A stretch of 64,000 bases of DNA from Vicugna vicugna (Eukaryota). The stretch spans positions 6,327,684 to 6,391,683 of the forward strand of contig MU061814.1 of the NCBI GenBank assembly GCA_013265495.1, written 5' to 3'. Position 1 is the stretch's first letter. Each line of letters opens with the position of its first letter. Positions 50,755-62,506 of the stretch are shown piece after piece. Made by a program: the position numbers and the translations under genes. The notes under the pieces were generated by a model that was not told where the DNA came from, ran no database searches, and saw only the letters and a list, made by a program, of their open reading frames with translations.

Positions 50755-50885
50755 TTGACCCCATTTCCGTGAGGCCAGGCAGGGCCATCTGGGAGTCTCC
50801 CCATAGGGGTTGCTGTGAGGCCGGAAGAGTCCACATGGGAATGCTCAGAGCAGACCCAGCACACACTGTGGTGCCTGGCTGAGCT
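50755..50885 (+). mobile_element. MIR SINE 3' relic
   Basis: cccataggggttgctgtgagg...atgctcagagcagacccagcacac..gtgcctggc resembles the MIR 3' half. Confidence 0.45.
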
Positions 50886-51375
50886 GCCCCTGGGCTCCAA
50901 CTGTTGTTACTCCAGGGGTCAGCATGCCCTCGGGCCCCCGTGTGCAGCACCAGGTTCAGAGGATGGGTGAGGGTGGGAAGAGTCTGCAGGTGGAGAAGGA
51001 AGGGCCCAGGTGCTCCGGGCTTGCTTGTGGGGAAGTAGGCAGGGTCTGACCAGGGCATGGAGTCAACAGCCTGGGCCGCCCCCCGACCCCAGCCACCCTG
51101 GGGGAGTGACTCTGCATGGACGGGGCCCACTGAGGTCTTCTGAGACAAGCAGGAAGTGAAATTTCAAGCCCAATCAGGTGCTTTTTAATGTGGACAATTA
51201 ATGTAAAATTTTGAACACATCAACCTGCCAGGCATGAGTCAGGGGCTTTGGGCTTCGGGGCAGTGACGAGAGGCGGAGAGAACTTTCCCAGCAGGGAAGG
51301 CGGCTGCAGAGGGTGAGGGCAGGAGGGATGGCCCCGGGAGGTGCTGACGGGGCAGCCCGGCCCTGTCCCCCCCAG

Positions 51376-51623
51376 TTTGCAGAGCTGCCCTCTGGCCAAG
51401 AAGAGGAAGCTGGAGGGTGCTGAGGCTGGGCACCTGGGGTCCAAGCGGAAGGCGCACCCCCTGAAGCTGGCGCTGGACGAGGGCTACGGCGTGGACAGCG
51501 ACGGCAGTGAGGATGCTGAGGTGAAGGACGCCTCTGTTTGGGATGAATCGGAAGGAACTGCGGAGGAGGACGAGGCGGAGACGTCAGGACCGGAGGAGAG
51601 TCATCGCCCCGAGCCAGCTGAAG
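51376..51623 (+). CDS. MYT1: MYT1 coding exon 4 (248 nt): [14 protein letters not shown]...RPEPAE(G); end of finger 1, basic KKRK motif, acidic segment
   Basis: Acceptor gtcccccccag|; donor AAG|gtgctg; 82 full codons; phase 2 to 1. Confidence 0.96.
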
Positions 51624-52810
51624 GTGCTGTGTCGCTCTTTCTCCTCCAAATAAAGGCTTAGTGTGGCCCTGGAGAATTGCAGCCTGTGAAGGGGCAGCGC
51701 CTGCGAGCGGGAAGGCCCTTGCTGAGAACAAGCGACTCTTGTGCGACTTTGCGGGGCTTCCTGGGGAGGGGCCGGCGCGGGGGCCGGCGGGCCCAGGGCT
51801 CATCTGTGTGTGAACACTGTGTTCTGTGGATGTGTGTCTGCGTGCGCGTCAGAGACAGATGAACAGGTGGACGTGGGCTGTGTGTGTGGGGATTTCAGAC
51901 AGGCCCTGCCGGACCCGGCTTCAGGAGAGCCGCCTGGGGCTGTGCGAGGGGTCTGTTTGGAAACGGGGAGACTGTGGGGGATGTCCAGGGAAGCTGGGGC
52001 GGAGGGGAACTGACGGGTCTCCCTTCTCACACCTCCTCCCCTGCTTGGCCCCCAAGACTGGCCAGGTTGGGACCCTCAGCCCTTGGCAAACACTAGTGTG
52101 AAGGTGGGAAGTAGCCGTGTCCCCTGAGACCTCAGCAGACCGTAGAGTCCTGAGGGTGGGACTGAGGCCCGAGGTCCAACCCCACCCCAACACTTCCAAG
52201 CTTCTCGTGTTTTCTGACTTTGCAGGGTTTTTATTTTTTATTTTGAGCCAAACCGGGCAGCGTTCATGGCCCTGGGGCTGGCCCTGGTGCACCTCTGGGA
52301 ATGGCCAGACGGGGGCGGAGCGGAGAGGGCTGCTCCTGTGCCCTGGGGGCCTTGTTGGTGCTCCAGGGCACCTGCGTGTGGGGAGCACGCCTGCAGCTTA
52401 GTCCTGGCAGTTGAAAGACCTAACCTTTAAAACAAATTCCACTGCTTCTGAGTTATGAAACAGCTTCTAAAACCCTGACGTATCCCTAACCCTTAGGCTC
52501 CGTTGTATGAAGTGCAAGTTTGCCTGTTTTAAGAAAGTGCGCGTAACAGGGAGGACCTTTAATCAACAATAGCAGAGCAATTCCTAGTTTCAGAAATACA
52601 GCAACAGTTACTCCATCTACCTCCTAAAGTAGGCTCACCGTGATCTCAAGATCCAGGCAGAGGGGCTGACAGACACAGATGCCCATGCTGAACCCACCCC
52701 CAGGGGTTTCTGTTCCTGCTGCGGTGGGCAGAGTGCAGGAATCAGAGGCCTGGAGCCCTGTCCTCCCTCCTCCTGTGCCCCTCCCACCTGGTGTCTCTGG
52801 TTCTGTGCAG

Positions 52811-53678
52811 GAAAGAGCCCTGTCAAGGCTCATTTCGGGTCCAATCCCATCAGCAGCCCCACGGGCTCCTCCAAGGGCAGCTACAGCAGCTATCAGGAAA
52901 TCATTGCAACTTCACTCCTAAATTTGGGCCAAATCGCTGAAGAGACCCTGGTTGGGGAAGGCTCTGGCCAGGCGGCCCAGCCAGGCCCCGGCTCCGTGCG
53001 CGAGGAGGAGGCTGAGGAAAGGGCTACCAGTGACGCGGGGGAGAAGGACGTCTTTATCCAACCGGAGGATGCCGAGGAGGTCATCGAAGTCACCAGCGAG
53101 CGCTCCCAGGAGCTGTGTCCCCAGTCCCTGGAGGGTGTGGTCAGTGAGGAGCCCAGCAAGCAGAAAGTGGGCCTGAGTAACGAGGAGGAAGAGGAGGAGG
53201 AGGAGGAGGAGGAGGAAGAGGAAGATGAGGAGGAGGAGGACGAGGAGGTGGAGGAGGACGAGGANNNNNNNNNNNNNNNNNNNNNNNNNNNNNNNNNNNN
53301 NNNNNNNNNNNNNNNNNNNNNNNNNNNNNNNNNNNNNNNNNNNNNNGACCCCCCCTACCCCCACCCCAAAGGCCCCTGACCCCCAGCACCCATCACCTCC
53401 CAGTCCCACGCCTGAGCGCTCTGTCATAGTGGAGGTGCACTCGGACGAGGACTCGCGCTCCCAGAAGTCCACGGTCACGGACGAGTCGGAGATGTATGAC
53501 ATGATGACCCGCGGGAACCTGGGCCTCCTGGAGCAGGCCATCGCCCTGAAGGCAGAGCAGGTGCGGGCTATCTGTGAGCCGGGCTGCCCAGCCGCGGAGC
53601 AAGGCCCGCTGGGTCCAGGGGAGCCAGGGAAGGTGGCCAGGCCCCCAGATGGCGTGCGAAAGAACTACTGCAGCAAAG
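52811..53678 (+). CDS. MYT1: MYT1 coding exon 5 (large acidic exon with poly-Glu tract; contains 82-N gap at 53265-53346)
   Basis: Acceptor ttctgtgcag|GAAAG. Translation [12 protein letters not shown]...[15 protein letters not shown]...EEEEEE[gap]...[23 protein letters not shown]...NYCSK; donor AAAG|gtaggc. The apparent frame change across the gap reflects an estimated gap length. Confidence 0.95.
53181..53264 (+). repeat. MYT1: Coding (GAG/GAA/GAT/GAC)n tract encoding poly-Glu/Asp; runs into an assembly gap
   Basis: cgaggaggaagaggaggaggaggaggaggaggaggaagaggaagatgag... followed by Ns. Confidence 0.95.
53265..53346. other. Assembly gap (82 N) inside MYT1 coding exon 5
   Basis: N run within the poly-Glu tract. 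Confidence 1.
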
Positions 53679-55269
53679 GTAGGCTGCTCATACTGACCCT
53701 GCTTGCTCACGCTCCCCCTGCCTCCAGGGACCACAGTCCTGAGGCCTCTACAGGCTAGGCAGCAGGTGGGGTGGTGGGGGTGGTGTGGGCCAGACCGAAG
53801 CAGACTGGGGGACAAATACGCACATGGCAGACGGGGGTCATCGATGCTGAGGAAACGGGCTCGCCTGTTCACACAGGGTGGTCTGGAGACACACAGCTGA
53901 GGGAAGCCAGGCCGGGGGACGAGGAGGGTTCTAGGGACAGCGAGCTCAGCCTGGGGATGCGCACCTGGGTTGAGGGGGCCTTGAGTGAGCTGTAGCTCCG
54001 CGGTCACAGTTGGTGGTAGGTGGAGACAAAGGGCACAGGTGTTCTGGGGACACTCACTCACGTGGGGTGGGCTCGGGGGCAGATACTCAGGGACGTGGAG
54101 GACAGCTATCAATAAGGTACCCTCTCAGGGTGGCACAGACTTGGGGGATAGCTGTCTGGGGGCTCCGATGAGACCAGCACAGGCCTTGGGAGGACATGGA
54201 CTCTAGGAGATGAAGGGGGCACAGATTTGGGAACAAGTGCTGGGCCTGTGTCGGGTGTCAGCCTGGGGGCAGCAGTCTTGGGGCCTAGAGATCAGGGCCA
54301 ATGTTGATGGGATGCTGTCGGGGAGCGGAGAGGTGTAACGGGGATACGCGTGAACACAGACAGAGTGACGGGTCCCATCCCGAGTGTTTGGGGCCACAGA
54401 CCTGTGGGGTCTCAGAGGTCCTGCCTTAAGGCATAGAGTTAAGGGCGTGGACCCAGGGGACAGACCCTTAGAGGCAGGAGGCCAAGCTGGGAGACCTGGG
54501 CAGCCCTGAGCAGGCCCGTGCTGTGAGGACCGCGGCTGGTTCTAAGGGAATGACCCTTGGCGTGGATGGAGCGCAAGTCCTGGACAAAGGCCAGCGACAA
54601 CAGTCATGAGCTCAGGAAGCCAGCCCTGGGGAGAGACTTGGGGGCCCCTCGGGGTGTCCCTGCCTGCCTGCCTGCTGGTGGAGGTGCAAATCCCCCCTTT
54701 TGAATCAGAGGCAGAGCCCCCCATCCCATCCCAGGATCCTGTCCTCCCCTAGTGGGCATTCTGAGCGTGGTCTGTGACCTCTGCGTTCTCCCAAAGGGCA
54801 CAGCTGTGCTCTGGGGACCATCTGTGTCCTGACAGGTGTTCCCTCTGCCCCCACGCTCATAGCGACCTCTCTGGGCCTGCAGAGGCCAGATGCGCCTAGT
54901 GACTGAGACTTGGATTTAAATTTCTGCCCAGGCATTTGTTAAGTGCTTTGGGGAAGTTACTTGGCTCCTTGTTCCCCTCTTTTGTCAGCTCAAAGGCTGT
55001 GTCCTGGCAGGGACTTGTCACAAACTTTCACCTCTCTGTGTGGAGGCCTGTCCCCCACCCCGAAGCCAGGGGACCTCGCGTAATTTCAGCGGGAAAGAGG
55101 GCAGAGGACATCAGCTGCTGATCGGGTGGTTCCCCCACCCCTCCGCCTGGCATGTCCTGCTGTTTGTGGGTTTCCACAGTCTGTGGGCTTCTTACCCCAG
55201 ACCACCGGTGTGGGCAGTTTCTCCAGCGTCCCCTCGCCATCCAGCCCCTGGTCCCTCTCAGGCTCTTAG

Positions 55270-55536
<267 letters not shown>

Positions 55537-55950
55537 TAGCTCTGTCCGCTCAGGCTGCCTCTGCTGTGTGGGTGGTGCCCACATATGGGAGTGGCCGCCC
55601 ACGGCCCTGTCCAGAAGCCCAAACCCGACCCCACGAGTGTTGGGACACCATCCACGCAGCCTGGACAGGGCCCTGGAAGAGCGCCGCAGGCTCGCTGGGG
55701 GGCTGGGTCCTGGAGCTGGGGGGGGCCTATGTCTGTTCCGAAGGCTCAGGAGGAGAAAGCCTGTCCTCACCTCTGGGCGAGGGGCAGTGATTGTGGACGT
55801 TCCGTTCAGGGGAGTGACTCTCAGAGCAGCCGGAGGTTTTAAGGCTGAGCCGCTTTCTGTCTCAGGGAGGCAGGGGGCCTCGGGGGGAGAGGGGCCTTGC
55901 CTGAGCTGAGCCTGGGCTGTGCTCACCACCCCCTCCCTGTTTCCTCGCAG

Positions 55951-56041
55951 TCTTGGCCATGCACGAGAACGTGCTCAAGTGCCCCACCCCCGGCTGCACC
56001 GGCCAGGGCCACGTCAACAGCAACCGCAACACCCACAGGAG
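55951..56041 (+). CDS. MYT1: MYT1 coding exon 7 (91 nt): zinc finger 3 N-part, [30 protein letters not shown](S)
   Basis: Acceptor ttcctcgcag|; donor GAG|gtaccg; phase 1 to 2. Confidence 0.97.
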
Positions 56042-56731
56042 GTACCGGGCCAAATGCGTGGTGAGGGTGGCGGTGGGGCCTGCAGGGTGCCCCTCGGCTG
56101 GGGCCGCCTCGAGGGCCAGTGCGAGGCCGGGGCAGGCGTGTGGTGGGGCAGAGTGGCGCCCAGATGTGCGGTCACCGGGTGGTCCCACTGCCTGTGTCCC
56201 TGAGAGGGGGTCCCGAGAGACCGGAGGGGGTCCGGAGGGTGTGGCGCGGTGCAGAGCCAGGTGGAGGTGGCGTCCTGCCGATGTTCAGGACCGCTCTGGA
56301 CACTAGCGCTAGCTCAGCAGGCTGCTCCGTGGGAGCTGAGAGCCTGGGAGAAGTGCGGCTTCCAGGGTTCCGTTGTCTGCTGCCTTCCACGGGGAGAGGT
56401 TCGTGTGTCCCCCCCACTCCCGGGGTGCCTGGATAGCTGCAGCTGGGACGGGAGGGCCTCTGCGCCAGCGGGCACACGCTCAGCCAAGACGGCTTTAAGA
56501 ATTTTGGAGAAGAGGCTAAATTCCCCAACGCTTCTGTGATGACGTCACCTCTCCAGGCCTCTCTCCTCTCAGGCAGTCATTCAGTTCTGACAGCTGCACC
56601 CGCGATGTCTCAGACGGGCTGCTTTCCTGGGAGGGCGTGTGCCCTGCTGGTAGGAGCCTGCTGGTCCCTGTCTTGCAGGGTCAGCAACCAGTTCACAGCC
56701 ATGGGGCCCGGGGCCTCCCCAGGTTGGCTGA

Positions 56732-57097
<366 letters not shown>

Positions 57098-57127
57098 TGA
57101 GTAAAACGAGCCACAGACTGGAAGGGG

Positions 57128-57669
57128 TGTTACTGGGCCCAAGTTCTAATGTCCGACGCGCGTTGAGGCCAAACAAACCAAAACCAGAGCCAGAGTTTGG
57201 AGCACAGAGAGGTTTATTGCAGGCCCAAACGAAGAGAACAGGCGGCTTGTGCTCCAAAGACCCGAACTTCCCAATGGCTTTCAGGCGAGGGCTTCCAAAG
57301 ACAGTGTGAGGGGAGGGTGGTGGGATGCATGATCAGCTGTGGTCGGTTGGCTGTGAGGTAACAGTGTGCTGTTTCAGGAGTCTCAGCCTTCTAGTTCCAG
57401 CCAGTCTGAGGTCTAGTGCCTATGGTCAGCATCCTCCCCTGGGTGAGGGTTCTTAGTCTCTGCAGAACGACTCAAAGATATGGGTCAGATTGTTACCCAT
57501 GGCCCTTCAGGAGGAACTGGGAGTCCTGGGACTCTACTGTCCAGATCATTAACTGCTTGCACCTGCTCTTTGAAACTCCGGGAAAGCCTAGGACACTTGA
57601 AGACAAGAAACAGGGGACGTGGAGGGTTTTTCGTAACAGGAAGGACCCGTAGGGTCCTGCTTGGTGTCA
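57128..57669 (-). mobile_element. ERV1-class solo LTR (542 bp), antisense to MYT1
   Basis: TG...CA termini (TGTTAC...GGTGTCA), 4-bp GGGG target-site duplication (57124-57127 and 57670-57673), and a minus-strand AATAAA (TTTATT at 57213-57218). The body resembles ERV1 LTRs I recall from laurasiatherian genomes; subfamily not assigned. Confidence 0.8.
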
Positions 57670-58085
57670 GGGGCTGCCTCCTGAAGTGTCCACAGGGCTG
57701 CGTGTGCACATGTGCATGTGAGTGTCCCTGCTTGTGTTGTGTGTGTGCTCGTGCCCTGAGTTGCCCTGGAGGCTCCCAGGGCAGAGCTGGAGGGTGGTTT
57801 CGGGGCACACAGGACAGAGTCTTGTGTCCACTGCATTGTCCAGTGCCTCTGCCCCTGTCTTTCTCTCCCCGAGGGTGTCTGATCTCATTGCTTTGGACTG
57901 CTCAGGGATATTTGCGGAGATGCTGGCCCAGTTTGGAGAGAGCAGGCTGCGTCAGCTGAGGGTCACCACCATCCAGGGAGCCCTGGGAGCCACTCCTCCC
58001 TGGCTGTCCTGCCTCCACCTCCCTTACCCCAAGGATGGACCCTGAACTCAGGAGAGGAGCCAGTGTAGACGGTGCTCTCCAGAGT

Positions 58086-58100
58086 GCTGCCCCCTTGTGG
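58086..58100 (-). promoter_or_regulatory. Candidate CTCF site
   Basis: The minus strand reads (GG)CCACAAGGGGGCAGC, one deviation (position 5) from the core consensus. Confidence 0.5.
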
Positions 58101-58130
58101 CCCCTGAGGTGCTGAGACAGCAGTGGGCAA

Positions 58131-58229
58131 GTGTGTGTGCGCGTGTGCAAGTGTTTAGGTGCATGTCCATGTATGTGAGTGTGTGTGCAAGCACGCATGC
58201 CTGTGTGTGAATCTGTATATGTGTGCGTA
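58131..58229. repeat. Degenerate (TG)n tract
   Basis: gtgtgtgtgcgcgtgtgcaag...tgtgtgtgaatctgtatatgtgtgcgta. Confidence 0.8.
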
Positions 58230-59933
58230 GACCATTAAGAAAGAATCTGCTTAGTGTGACCTCCAGCCAAGTGACCCTGTGAGTGCCACAAATAAGGCCA
58301 GAGGCTCAGGAACCACCTCCAACCCCGTCACCGGCCTGTCCCTTTCTGGGCACAACCTCAGCCAGAGAAGCTGGGACGCCCACTTGGCCTGCTCTGAGTT
58401 CCGCGAGAGGGGTCTCTGGGTAGGGCGGGGGCTTCACCCTCCCACCTGGGCGGGCGAGCTCTTGCAGGCTGGTCCGTGGGCGCCTTCAGTCCTGCGCTCG
58501 AGTTGGCTTATTTCTACTGGGTAGCTCTCGTGATGACTGGAAGCAGCACCTTTCCTCCAAGTTATTACTGGTCCTTCCAGCTTCTTGTCAATTTTCTTGC
58601 CTTGATCCAAGTTACTGATAAAATGTCAAACCACAGGCAGGTAAGGCTTGGTGAGGCCAGGGTGGAGGCCAAACAGGTTCCAAACATGGAGATTGTGCCT
58701 CGGGAGTTCCACTTCAGTCTGTTTGCCAGTACAAGTGGGACAGCAGTGTTATCGACTTCAGAAGTTTGTCATGAGGTGTGAATGAGGCAGTGGCATTATT
58801 GCCTCCTGGACCCTCAGCGAGGAGCCCGGGGTGGTAGCAACTGGGGCCCGGATGCAGGAGCCTTCCATTCGGGCTCTGTCTGGTCCATGGGGCCGTGTTT
58901 CTGAGTGTTGCATCCTGGGGTGTGGAGAGAGTCTTCAAAAAGCTTTGCTGGCATCACAGACAGTAAGTCTGTGCTGCTGGCTGAAGCCACCAAAATGTGG
59001 TCCTGATGTTAAGTTTAGGATTTGCTTCCCCCGGGGTCCCTGGTGCTCTCCAGCATCTTCTTCAGATGCTGCTGGCCGGTGCGGAGAGTCCTCAGCCCTT
59101 CTGCTCATACTCTGGTGGTGCTGGTTTCCCAAGGCCTTCAGAGCTGGCCTTACCGTGGCTACAGCATCTTCCTGTCACCAGTCCCCAATTTCCAGGCCAC
59201 ATTCAGGTCTTCAGTGCCCAGCACCTGGGGTCCTACACTGGCCCCTTCTGGGTTCCACTGACCCACCCTTTCCAGATGAAGTCACCACCTGGCTCTCCAG
59301 GCCCCTCCTCTCTTTTCCTTCTCTCTGAGCGGACGATATACAAGCCCCTTCCTCCATGGAAAGCACAGAAGCCCATGGCCTTGCTGCGGCGCTGGCCTTC
59401 CTGCCCCGGCTCCTGTGCTGTCTGGGACACTGTCTTCATGGTGTCTCCTGCTCATTTAAAACTCTGAACATTTCCAAGTGCTTTGGTGACAATGAACTGA
59501 GTGCTTATGGCGGTCCTTTCCGGCCTGTCCTTCACCCTTGCAGCAGCCCCCTCCAGGGGCATCTCAACCAACTTCAAGCAGGAGGCAGGGGAGGACAAGG
59601 TCCCCCTGTGAAGGGCTGAGTGGCCTGCCTCTGGGTGCCCTGCTCCCTCCGCCCTGGGGAGCTGCAGAGCTCTGCCTTGGCCCCCGCCCAGCAGTGCTCC
59701 TGTGGGGCTCCCTGCCAGGGACTCGTGCTTGTTGTCACTGAGCTGCTTGAGACCTGCTCTCCGACTTCCCTCCTCCAGCTGACGCTGTGCTCAAGGGGAC
59801 ATAACGCTTGTTTCTCCAAGTGTCCCAGTGCTTCCTCCCTGCTGGCAACCCTTCCTGCAGAGCAGACCCAGACACCCTTTGGGGGTGGACATGAGGAGGG
59901 GCTCCCTGGGTCTCTGTCCACGCTGGGCTCTGA

Positions 59934-60281
<348 letters not shown>

Positions 60282-61456
60282 TGAGGGGCAGTGGAGGAGG
60301 AGCCCCACCCCCCAACCAGGAGCATGTAGGAATCTCCACCCTGGGGGTACCAATGGGATGGGACTGTAGCCCAGGCCCTAACATCCCTGGCATCCGTCGT
60401 GGGAGCTTTCTCAGGGTCTGTGTCTCACCGACGTTGCCGCCTCCATGTCCACCATCAAACTTGATTTATCTCCTCACTATACGTGAAACAAAACCCAGGT
60501 CCATTATGGTGTCGTGTCCAAAGGCTTAAGAACAGCTTCCTTGACCTGGCTCACTGGGAGAGAGTGCCCTCTTCTGGCCCCCCTTCCCAGCCAGTTTACT
60601 CAGCTCAAGGGGTGGGGTCTGGGGAGGGTCAGACAACTGCTGTGCTGAGCTGGGTACCTGACAGGCCCTTCCTACGTGGGGACCATCTTGCTGGATACAG
60701 TGTGCTATTTGTGATTTTAGCAACAAAGTTTCTGGGTGCTTACACTAACAAAATTCATTCCTAAAAACCTTTGAGAACAAGCACCCCATCCGTTTTTTGT
60801 CACTTATTGTACTAATTTGTGGGTTGCGAGCCCGTTAACCCTGGAAATGCACCTGGAATGTGAAATGGAAAAGCACCCCTGGTGACCATGAGATTGGAAC
60901 TGGCATCTCCTGGTGGATGCCCAAATCGTTAATAATAGAAACTGATTGAAACGATCGCTGGCTGGAGTGGGAGCATCTCATCAACCTGTTAGGACTGGGG
61001 GCTTCATGCCTTCACCAAGTTGCCCACTTACACTGGAGCAAGAAGTCAGACCTGAGAGTGATCTGATCTCTGCAGCACAATTACTAGAAAAGAGAACATA
61101 TTATGCCTTCTTTTGTCATGGTTACTTGAACAATAATGCTCCTTATTAAAGCTGTGACTGCTGGGGGGGACACCAGAGTCATCCGTCTGAGATACTGTGA
61201 CAAAACTTTCCTCCTTGAGTGGCATTCCAAGTACTCATCCTGTCTGCACACTCCTGCAGTCTCTCAGTAAGCACTCACTGGTAGACAACTTGCTTTCCAT
61301 GAACTATCAGGGGCGCTAGGAAGTCTTTGGAGGGTTTTGCCCTTTCTTCCCAAATGTTGGTCAAGCCAGAAATGGCCTTCTCCATGCCTGATGAGAGCAG
61401 GGGGTTGAGGGGCGTGTGGGCACCCCTTCATGAGGCTGTGCTCTGTGTGCTTCTAG

Positions 61457-61870
<414 letters not shown>

Positions 61871-62245
61871 TGACCAAAGACACTGACCAGAGACGTTGGA
61901 TGGGCACTCCCCGAGCTCTGTGTGCTCTGTGTGCTGGGGGTGCCAAGCGGCTGTACACTCGTGTGTTCTCAACTGTCCCCCGAGTCTGAGGGTCCTGCAC
62001 ACCTTCTTGTGACCACACGAATGGCCTTCTCTTCTCCAGGGTCTGGTTATAGCATTGGGAAACTCGAGGGAGTGAGTCGAGTCTAGTCTGTGCGAGTTTC
62101 AGGCCTCTCTCTTCTCAGAGACTCTTCTGTTCTTGTTTGGTTCTGCTTCCTTTGGAGGGAGACACTGTTCTGGCTTCTGAAAGCCAAGGAGTGGTATTCA
62201 GCATGGGAGGGTGGGCTCTGCCACAGATCTCGCCTTTCAACGCAG

Positions 62246-62506
62246 GCTGTGGACATCGAGGTGGATGAGAACGGAACCCTGGACTTGAGCATGCACAAGC
62301 ACCGCAAGCGGGAAAACGCCTTCCCTGGCGGTGGTGGCAGCCCCGGCGTGAAGTCACCAGAGGCCTCCCAGCGCCAGAGCAGCACCAGCGCCCCCAGCAG
62401 CTCCATCACCTCCCCCCCATCCAGCCACGCCTCCCGCCAGGATGAGTGGGACCGGCCTCTGGACTACACGAAGCCCAGCCGCCAGCGAGAGGAGGAGCCT
62501 GAGGAG
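62246..62506 (+). CDS. MYT1: MYT1 coding exon 11 (261 nt): [24 protein letters not shown]...[23 protein letters not shown]
   Basis: Acceptor ctttcaacgcag|; donor GAG|gtgggt; phase 0 to 0; 87 codons. Confidence 0.96.

Noticed and set aside
52484-52497. ccctaacccttagg, telomere-like
   Set aside because: Only one perfect CCCTAA unit; not an interstitial telomeric array.
52918-53541. 207-aa minus-strand ORF with a long Leu-rich hydrophobic run
   Set aside because: It is the antisense shadow of the poly-Glu codons and crosses the gap.
53225-53758. Apparent frameshift or pseudogenisation of MYT1
   Set aside because: Caused by the estimated 82-N gap; all other exons are intact and in phase.
58590-58680. 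Possible L3/CR1 relic (gatccaagttactgataaaatgtcaaac)
   Set aside because: Too short and diverged to call without an HMM search.
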